A stretch of 64,000 nt of DNA from an uncultured virus (IMG/VR IMGVR_UViG_3300025630_000012) (lineage: Duplodnaviria > Heunggongvirae > Uroviricota > Caudoviricetes), in IMG/VR virus record IMGVR_UViG_3300025630_000012; one strand, written 5' to 3'. Within the stretch, counting starts at the first letter, position 1. Each line of letters starts with the position of its first letter. Shown in pieces: positions 57,900 through 64,000 of this stretch. The translations under genes and the position numbers were made by a program. Below the pieces are notes generated by a model. The model did not search any database, was not told the DNA's origin, and saw only the letters and a program-made list of their open reading frames with translations.

Positions 57900-58193
57900 A
57901 TGGGATACCGAATCAAGCCATACACGAAAAAGCGAGCCAAAACTCTCGGAGTAGAGGTGAAGCCGTCACGTGTAAAGGGAAAAAAGATAGATGTATTCAA
58001 AAAGGGGGAGAAGGTTGCAAGTGTTGGCGCAATAGGGTACAACGATTATCCGACATGGATGGAGTTGGAGAGCAAGGGCAAAGTGCCAAAGGGGACGGCA
58101 AACAAGCGACGGAGGCTATACAAGATTCGTCACAAAAAAGACAAAGACCAAAAAGGGACTGCGGGTTTTTACGCGGATAAACTTTTGTGGTAA
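57900..58193 (+). CDS. small basic protein, DUF5754-like (recalled from NCLDV/virophage-type viruses)
   Basis: KKIDV...GAIGYNDY...RRRLYKIRH...AGFYADKLLW. Confidence 0.65.
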   Translation: MGYRIKPYTKKRAKTLGVEVKPSRVKGKKIDVFKKGEKVASVGAIGYNDYPTWMELESKGKVPKGTANKRRRLYKIRHKKDKDQKGTAGFYADKLLW

Positions 58194-58223
58194 TTATTTA
58201 TTATTTTAGCAAAAACAATTACG

Positions 58224-58448
58224 ATGAGACAACAAACGAACAGAAGAGCGTCAGCACGTGCTTCAAGAGCACAAGCCGCTCGTCGCCAAGCCCGTAAGAA
58301 GGCAGTCGCCCGCTCTACGGGTGGCATGATGAATGCTACGGGCGCACAAACTCGTTTCAGAACACCCGCAGGAGGCTTCACTAACGCCACAGGAAACGGG
58401 CGTGACAAGGCACGTAAGGCCGCGAATATCTTAACACCCTTCTTGTGA
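58224..58448 (+). CDS. Arg/Ala-rich protamine-like core protein candidate
   Basis: RRASARASRAQAARRQARKK; MMNATG, FTNATG. Confidence 0.7.
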   Translation: MRQQTNRRASARASRAQAARRQARKKAVARSTGGMMNATGAQTRFRTPAGGFTNATGNGRDKARKAANILTPFL

Positions 58449-58567
58449 TGGCAGTACCAAAAAGATTACAACCTTGGATGAATCACTTGAATAAGGTGAG
58501 AAAGGCAAACCCTTCGCTTTCGCTTAAAGACGCGATGAAGAAGGCCAAAAAAACTTACAAAAAATAA
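58448..58567 (+). CDS. tiny basic protein (39 aa)
   Basis: Manually translated: MAVPKRLQPWMNHLNKVRKANPSLSLKDAMKKAKKTYKK. Confidence 0.72.
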   Translation: MAVPKRLQPWMNHLNKVRKANPSLSLKDAMKKAKKTYKK

Positions 58568-58569
58568 TC

Positions 58570-58782
58570 ATGGAAAATATCTATGCTTGGTTCGGAGGCA
58601 GAAAACTCTTTTTTGGGCTTTTGCTCTTCGTTATCTCGACCCTGTTGTTCTTGACGAGTGACAAAACTGATTTTGATGGTTGGTCTACCTTGGTGATGTG
58701 GATTTTCGGAATCTACGCAGTTGGTAACGTAGGCGAACACCTGTCTGATGGCATGAAGTCATCGCCCAAAGCAAAAAATTAA
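58570..58782 (+). CDS. holin-like 2-TM protein
   Basis: GRKLFFGLLLF...IFGIYAVGNVGEH. Confidence 0.55.
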   Translation: MENIYAWFGGRKLFFGLLLFVISTLLFLTSDKTDFDGWSTLVMWIFGIYAVGNVGEHLSDGMKSSPKAKN

Positions 58783-58800
58783 CCCCTTAAAAAGAAGAAG

Positions 58801-58911
58801 ATGAAAGGATTTCTCGACATCAAAGACCCCAACACGTTCTTGGGAGGTCAGAATGTTCACAATCTCTTGATTTTGGGCGCACTCGCGTTCATCATCACGA
58901 AGATTAAGTAA
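58801..58911 (+). CDS. small membrane peptide (36 aa)
   Basis: Manually translated; C-terminal LLILGALAFIITKIK; terminator follows. Confidence 0.6.
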   Translation: MKGFLDIKDPNTFLGGQNVHNLLILGALAFIITKIK

Positions 58912-58930
58912 TATCATAGAACATTTCAAG

Positions 58931-58965
58931 AGAAGCCTCTTCAAGCGAAGGGGTTTCTTTGTTTT
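58931..58965 (+). terminator. rho-independent terminator
   Basis: AGAAGCCTCTTC/GAAGGGGTTTCT stem with a T-rich tail. Confidence 0.7.
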
Positions 58966-58970
58966 AAGTC

Positions 58971-59393
58971 ATGGCGAATAAGAGAGCAGGTCGTAAAGGT
59001 GTAGCGCAGACGCCCGCACCCAAGAAGGAGCGCATACGAGGGAGCAAAAAGAACCCCGTAGGTAGTGCCTCTAAAAGCACGTCCAAACCTATCAATTTTA
59101 GTGAGGCTTTGGTTAAAAAAATTCGCTCATTTCTGAAAGAGTATAACGAAGCCAATCCAAGCAAAAAAATCACCCTTCCTACTGCCAAAAAGGTGGTGCG
59201 AAGAGGTATGGGCGCATATAGCGCAACGCATCGACCTACGATTACAGGCGGAAGACCCAATTCAAGGCAAGCATGGGGTTTAGCGAGGCTTCATGCCTTC
59301 GCTCGCAAAAAGTCGGGTTCTACCACCGCAAAAGGCGTGGTAAGGAGCAAAGCAGTTAAAAAGGCGTACACACAAGACAACGACCTGCTATGA
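58971..59393 (+). CDS. basic protein, DUF5824-like
   Basis: KKVVRRGMGAYSATHRP...QAWGLARLHAF. Confidence 0.6.
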   Translation: MANKRAGRKGVAQTPAPKKERIRGSKKNPVGSASKSTSKPINFSEALVKKIRSFLKEYNEANPSKKITLPTAKKVVRRGMGAYSATHRPTITGGRPNSRQAWGLARLHAFARKKSGSTTAKGVVRSKAVKKAYTQDNDLL

Positions 59394-60058
59394 CAAATCA
59401 AGATAGAGAGAGGTACACCTTCAAAAATATATCTACCGCCCTATGTGTGATTTTGTTTTTTCTCTATGGGACGGAGAAGTTTCAAAGCGCGAAAGAAAAA
59501 GATGAGGCTTTGTCAACGATTATGACCCTACAAGACCAAAAAGAAAACTATGAATTGCAGGTCGATGAGTTGGGTCGCACGACCGCCACGCAAGCCGTCA
59601 TGCTGATTGATGCAAAAAAGGACTATGAAAGCCTACTCTCGGACTTCACTCAACTGAAAAACACCAAAAGTGAGACCAAGGTCTATACCGAGACGCGGGT
59701 AGATAGCGTGTACGTCCCTACGACCATCGTAGACACGATGTTTGTTGATTTGGACACCCTTCCTGTTTACCGCTTTGTCAAAGATGACGAATACTTTTTT
59801 ATTTCGGCAAGGGTGGGGGCAACAGAAACGCTTATTGAAAAGGTTTCATTTAAGAACGACATTACCTTTTCCCATCGGTGGGAGCGCAAAAATTTCTTGT
59901 CAAAAAAGACGTATTTTGTGGAGGTAAATAACACCAACCCATACGTCAGCATTCAAGGGCTTCAAAACTACACGATACAAGAGGATAAGAAGTTTTACGA
60001 GAGGGGTAGATTTTGGTATTTCGTTGGCTTGGGAAGTGGATTTTTATTAGCAAAATAA
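59390..60058 (+). CDS. membrane protein, possible spanin-like lysis accessory
   Basis: N-terminal TM, coiled coil, beta region, C-terminal WYFVGLGSGFLL. Confidence 0.5.
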   Translation: MTNQDRERYTFKNISTALCVILFFLYGTEKFQSAKEKDEALSTIMTLQDQKENYELQVDELGRTTATQAVMLIDAKKDYESLLSDFTQLKNTKSETKVYTETRVDSVYVPTTIVDTMFVDLDTLPVYRFVKDDEYFFISARVGATETLIEKVSFKNDITFSHRWERKNFLSKKTYFVEVNNTNPYVSIQGLQNYTIQEDKKFYERGRFWYFVGLGSGFLLAK

Positions 60059-60678
60059 TGGCAAATCAGAGCAAATCATTTGGTATATTCAGCGGTTCAG
60101 GCGGTGGCGGAGGTGGCGGTAGCATCACCATAAACAACCAAGCCGACACCCGTCTAATTACCTGTACGGGCACGGCAGATACTTTGGATGCGGAATCCAC
60201 TTTGACATTTGACGGGACAACGTTAAATATTGGCGGAGAGATGAGAGCGGAGCAAGTGTATGTGAATATGCGCTTCACAGGCTCACCTGTAAATGGAAAT
60301 TTCCTTGACGGCTCTCGCCTTGCAAGAGGACTTTTTTCTTCGGGGTCAGTTACGGGCGGAACAATTTACTATTTAGGGAGCGCAAGTATGGTAGTGGCTA
60401 ATGCCTCTTCCGTAGCTACGGCATCGGGCTTGTTAGCCGTGGGCACGGATGCGGCTTCACCAACAGAGATGCTTTTAGAGGGTGCGGTTAAAGTGCCTAA
60501 CAATGAGTTTTCTTCCGCCACCAAAGGCGATGTATTGTATCTCTCTGCCACATCAGGGGCGGTCACGGCTACTGCACCATCATCGGCAGGAGAGGTTGTG
60601 AGAGTTGTAGGGTATGTTTTAACTCCTGCGAGCGGTTATATTTATTGGTCTCCCGACAAAACTTGGCTTGAAATATGA
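60058..60678 (+). CDS. putative spike/fiber protein
   Basis: Gly hinge; beta-rich; GDVLYLSATSGAVTATAPS...VRVVGYV. Confidence 0.6.
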   Translation: MANQSKSFGIFSGSGGGGGGGSITINNQADTRLITCTGTADTLDAESTLTFDGTTLNIGGEMRAEQVYVNMRFTGSPVNGNFLDGSRLARGLFSSGSVTGGTIYYLGSASMVVANASSVATASGLLAVGTDAASPTEMLLEGAVKVPNNEFSSATKGDVLYLSATSGAVTATAPSSAGEVVRVVGYVLTPASGYIYWSPDKTWLEI

Positions 60679-61976
60679 GTAGCATAAACGGCATCAATAC
60701 GGCAGATATTGATAACATCAATGGGCTTGGTGTAAATCACGGAGTCCCTGTCGGCACATCGGGAGTCCTGTGGACTAATCCCCTTTTTGTGGCTGAACGA
60801 CCTACAAGTGGATTAAATATAACAGGCCAAACACGAGTCAACTCTTGGCAGTTCAGCACACGAACTGACATCATAGACATTAAGTATAGCCTGTACTCTA
60901 CTTTTGCTTTAAGTTCAGCAAATGTCCTCTATTCCTCCACTTATCCAACTCAAAAGCAAAACATAGGTAGACCAAGTGGTCTGACCGACTCGGAATATGC
61001 GGAGTTGGGGGAGTCGCTTACCAACGTTGCAAAGTTTGCGCCATCTTTCAATGTTTGTTTCGCGGTTAAAACTGACGGCACTTTATGGTGGTGTGGACAA
61101 GGCAATCAATATATTACCACTTCAGGTTCAGGACAAGGAACGACAAATTCTTTTTATGGATGGTTGCAATATGGTACGGATACCGATTGGGTAGACGTTG
61201 TAGGTTTTGCGTCGTATCCTTACACCGTCCTTGCAATAAAAGGTAGCGCAGGTTCACAATATCTTCATGGGGCAGGATATAACGCGAATTACAGGACGGG
61301 TCAAGGAACGACAAGTGGAATAGTATATGACTTTGCTCGCGTAAAAAGTGGTGCAGCCGTCGATTGGTCTGCGAGCATAAGTAAAGTTGCTATGGATTCG
61401 AATGTCGCAATCGCAGTTACGGAATCGGGAGAGTTATACACTTGGGGAGAGGGTCAAAATGGAACTCTCGGTACAGGCACTTTAACTGATTACCTATATC
61501 CCAACCAAATAGGTGTCGATACCGATTGGCAGATACCATTTGCGGAGGCACGAGCATCCTACGTTATCAAAACGGATGGCACTTTATGGGCTTGTCTTCA
61601 AAGTAACACTTACTTTCGTATTATCGGCAATGGAGGAGTCCCCACTCTTACATTTAATCAAGTCGGCACGGATACTGACTACGAATACATCACGACTATG
61701 GGAAGTGTCAGCCCGAACGTTGATAATCGCGGTTTGATATGCGCTAAAAAGAATGGCTCGTGGTATGTCAATGCGGCCTTGAAAGTGGGTGATTGGTCGC
61801 AGACGCTCGTAGACATTTATGATACTTATTCAGGCATTGACACTTGGTATGCTTACAATGATGCGCTTCAAGCCAATGACGTAACTAAATCAATAAACTT
61901 CCTTTCGCCCACCGCTGAACAATTCCAATCGAGCCTTTATGGGCAGGGGATAATAGTAGCCCTCGCCGCGACATGA
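60675..61976 (+). CDS. RCC1/BLIP-II-repeat beta-propeller, putative receptor-binding protein
   Basis: AVKTDGTLWWCG, AVTESGELYTWGEGQNGTLG, VIKTDGTLW; (G)TDTDW/Y repeats. Confidence 0.78.
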   Translation: MSSINGINTADIDNINGLGVNHGVPVGTSGVLWTNPLFVAERPTSGLNITGQTRVNSWQFSTRTDIIDIKYSLYSTFALSSANVLYSSTYPTQKQNIGRPSGLTDSEYAELGESLTNVAKFAPSFNVCFAVKTDGTLWWCGQGNQYITTSGSGQGTTNSFYGWLQYGTDTDWVDVVGFASYPYTVLAIKGSAGSQYLHGAGYNANYRTGQGTTSGIVYDFARVKSGAAVDWSASISKVAMDSNVAIAVTESGELYTWGEGQNGTLGTGTLTDYLYPNQIGVDTDWQIPFAEARASYVIKTDGTLWACLQSNTYFRIIGNGGVPTLTFNQVGTDTDYEYITTMGSVSPNVDNRGLICAKKNGSWYVNAALKVGDWSQTLVDIYDTYSGIDTWYAYNDALQANDVTKSINFLSPTAEQFQSSLYGQGIIVALAAT

Positions 61977-62245
61977 TAGCTGACAACCTATACACTTCAA
62001 TCGTCACGTCCGAGGACGAATTGCATACATTTTGGTACGACCCAAGCCTACCCTCTTATGCCTTTACTTTCATAGAGCAAAGCCTCGATGAATGTATAAA
62101 TAATGAGGACGGAACGTACACCGCCTCGTACTACGCAATCGAGGTTCTTGATGGAGAAAGTTTTTCATATAGTTATATGACCACAACGGGAGTTGTGCGA
62201 GGATTGGTTGGAGCGGGTATTTATGGCATAAAACCTGACGAATGA
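61973..62245 (+). CDS. hypothetical protein
   Basis: Coupled on both sides. Confidence 0.7.
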   Translation: MIADNLYTSIVTSEDELHTFWYDPSLPSYAFTFIEQSLDECINNEDGTYTASYYAIEVLDGESFSYSYMTTTGVVRGLVGAGIYGIKPDE

Positions 62246-63345
62246 CAAATCAAACACTACAATCATTCGGTATTCAGTCGGGTAGCGGTGGTGGTAGTGC
62301 TACGGATGCACAAAGAGTCATCGCAACCGCCAAAAACAAATCGGGCGGTACTTTGTTGAAAGGCACTCCCGTACACGCAATTACACCCATCTCTTCGGGA
62401 CAAATTGTGGAAGTCATCGCGGCACGTGCTGATACGCCTTCCGCGATGCCCGCGACGCTTGTTTTGGATGTAGAATTAGATGATGAGGAGGAGGGTGATG
62501 CCATCATTGTTGGCTTTATACAGGGCGTAGACACGTCAGGATTTACCGCAGGTGATGTTGTCTATGTTGGGACAACGGGGGGATATACCAAAACAAAACC
62601 TGTTTACCCTAACCTTATTCAAAATATCGGAGTAATCGTAAAAGTGAGCGCGTCTGCGGGGTCGGGTATTGTATATGGTTCGGGCAGGTCAAATGACGTT
62701 CCAAATCTTGCCGAAGGCACACTATTTATTGGCTCGTCCACGAACACAACGACAACCCCTTACAGGTTTCCTACATCGTCGCCAAGCGACAATCAGTTCT
62801 TACTTTACGATTCGTCGAGTACCGCATTTCTTGCTTCCGACTTAAAACCCCGTATGTCTTATTTTATGGGTGGCACAATTACGGGGTGGGGAATAGGGGC
62901 AAAATTGGTTATGAATAAAACGCCTAATGGCAGTTTACTCTCATCGTCAGTAGCAAGCCCTGTTTTGAGCACAACGAGCGATTTAACGGAATATACGATA
63001 CCCAACCTTGATGACTCTTTGCAGACAACCATAAGGTTTTCAGGATTTGTAACGTGTGAGGGCACGATAGCTTCGTCCATCACATTTCGGGTAGATATAG
63101 GTCTTTCAACACCCTCGAATGGCGCAACATCAGCCACATTTACGATGACGAATGGCACATCGCAATTTGCAGTATCTACCACATCAGGAGCGATGAACTT
63201 CTTTAACTATACGGCCTCATTTACCTCCGTATCCAACCAACTTATCATAGTATCATTAGCCAATACAAGCGCAATAACTGCAATTACGTCGGGTGATGTA
63301 AAAATCAATGCGCGAGTCGATATTGAGCAAAACTACACTTCATAA
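62242..63345 (+). CDS. putative spike/fiber protein
   Basis: N-terminus shared with 60058; VDTSGFTAGDVVYV; S/T-rich beta C-domain. Confidence 0.62.
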   Translation: MTNQTLQSFGIQSGSGGGSATDAQRVIATAKNKSGGTLLKGTPVHAITPISSGQIVEVIAARADTPSAMPATLVLDVELDDEEEGDAIIVGFIQGVDTSGFTAGDVVYVGTTGGYTKTKPVYPNLIQNIGVIVKVSASAGSGIVYGSGRSNDVPNLAEGTLFIGSSTNTTTTPYRFPTSSPSDNQFLLYDSSSTAFLASDLKPRMSYFMGGTITGWGIGAKLVMNKTPNGSLLSSSVASPVLSTTSDLTEYTIPNLDDSLQTTIRFSGFVTCEGTIASSITFRVDIGLSTPSNGATSATFTMTNGTSQFAVSTTSGAMNFFNYTASFTSVSNQLIIVSLANTSAITAITSGDVKINARVDIEQNYTS

Positions 63346-63512
63346 TGAACGAAGAAAACGCTTCAATGCAGGTATCATATCAGATTCCTGAAAATATGGG
63401 ACAAACCCTCTCGGAAATTTTCGCATGGACATTTTTTCTTATCATGTTAGGCGAAGTTGTATATGGTGAGACGGAAAAAAAGAAGATTCTTGCTTTTTGG
63501 GGTATTAAATAA
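63345..63512 (+). CDS. small hypothetical protein (55 aa)
   Basis: Manually translated; TAATG coupling. Confidence 0.5.
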   Translation: MNEENASMQVSYQIPENMGQTLSEIFAWTFFLIMLGEVVYGETEKKKILAFWGIK

Positions 63513-63570
63513 TAATTTTCAACATAATTCCATTTTTTTGGGTTATATTTTTGCTTGAAATTGAACGAAA

Positions 63571-63786
63571 ATGTTAGAAGCCTTATCAAGCTACGAGTGG
63601 ATAGTGTTGTTGACGGGACTCGTAGGCGTGTATTTTAAGCTAAACAACGATATGTTGAAGGTCAAGAGTCGTGTTATGGTTCTTGAACGTAGCGAAACCG
63701 AGGTGAAGAAGATGCTTCAAAGCCTTCTCGACGCGGTAAACGACATCAAGTTGCTTTTAGCAGAACACGGCATCAAGTCCAAATAA
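63571..63786 (+). CDS. holin-like single-TM coiled-coil protein
   Basis: TM then coiled coil; directly upstream of the endolysin; TATTTTTG at 63546-63553. Confidence 0.6.
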   Translation: MLEALSSYEWIVLLTGLVGVYFKLNNDMLKVKSRVMVLERSETEVKKMLQSLLDAVNDIKLLLAEHGIKSK

Positions 63787-63788
63787 TC

Positions 63789-64000
63789 ATGCGTGAGTTA
63801 AAGAAGATTGTCGTTCATTGTAGCGCAACGCAGGAGGGAAAGGATTATAGCGTTGAGACGATAAGAAAATGGCATACCGACCCCAAACCCAAAGGCAGGG
63901 GGTGGTCGGATGTGGGATACCACTATATCATAAGAAACGATGAACATGGAACGATTGAGTTAGGTCGTGATGTTCAGCGTTCGGGTGCTCACGTCAAAGG
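63789..64000 (+). CDS. N-acetylmuramoyl-L-alanine amidase endolysin (T7 lysozyme-like), truncated by the window end
   Basis: Manually translated: IVVHCSAT...RKWH...GWSDVGYHYII...GR...GAHVK. Confidence 0.9.
   Translation, partial: MRELKKIVVHCSATQEGKDYSVETIRKWHTDPKPKGRGWSDVGYHYIIRNDEHGTIELGRDVQRSGAHVK

Noticed and set aside
34672..58448. Repeated motif as purely N-glycosylation sequons
   Set aside because: Many copies lack Asn (KSATG, KKATG, KKFTG) or Ser/Thr (NADG, NFMG), while the final Gly is the constant residue; kept only as an alternative.
1..64000. Eukaryotic giant virus fragment, stop-codon recoding, or integrated prophage
   Set aside because: Operonic overlaps, bacterial terminators and promoters, RusA and amidase indicate a bacterial virus; long ORFs are intact in code 11; no integrase or host flanks are visible.

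Overview
The window looks like most of the genome of a dsDNA bacterial virus. The host is probably a Bacteroidota (Flavobacteriia-like) bacterium, judging from TAnnTTTG promoters, a DUF3127-like gene, a Bacteroidota-like tRNA-Gln and an amidase endolysin. Genes are densely packed and almost all on the + strand. Order: (1) two tRNA-type RNAs and small early genes; (2) a replication block with a minimal PolB-like protein, an initiator with internal 11-bp iterons, an SSB-like protein and a nuclease; (3) MoxR AAA+ / HExxH peptidase / VWA genes, then a degenerate methyltransferase and a 2569-aa DarB-like SF2 helicase; (4) glycosyltransferases; (5) a morphogenesis block; (6) spikes and lysis genes. 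I see no terminase, portal, HK97 capsid or tail tube genes. The morphogenesis block instead has an FtsK/HerA (A32/P9-type) packaging-like ATPase, a tiny membrane protein, a beta-rich 240-aa capsid candidate and about 20 membrane-anchored proteins, which suggests a large tailless lipid-containing virus. The most striking signal is a six-residue motif (e.g. YKNADG, FKSATG-like, YRNQSG). It recurs in about 15 otherwise unrelated virion-region proteins that surround an HExxH metalloprotease, and may be a virion maturation code. Other highlights are a rearranged tRNA-Ile(UAU)-like RNA, an annexin-repeat membrane protein, a protein with about 58 Cys-rich repeats, and small basic proteins resembling those of giant viruses. 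All family assignments come from motif recognition by eye; no database searches were run.
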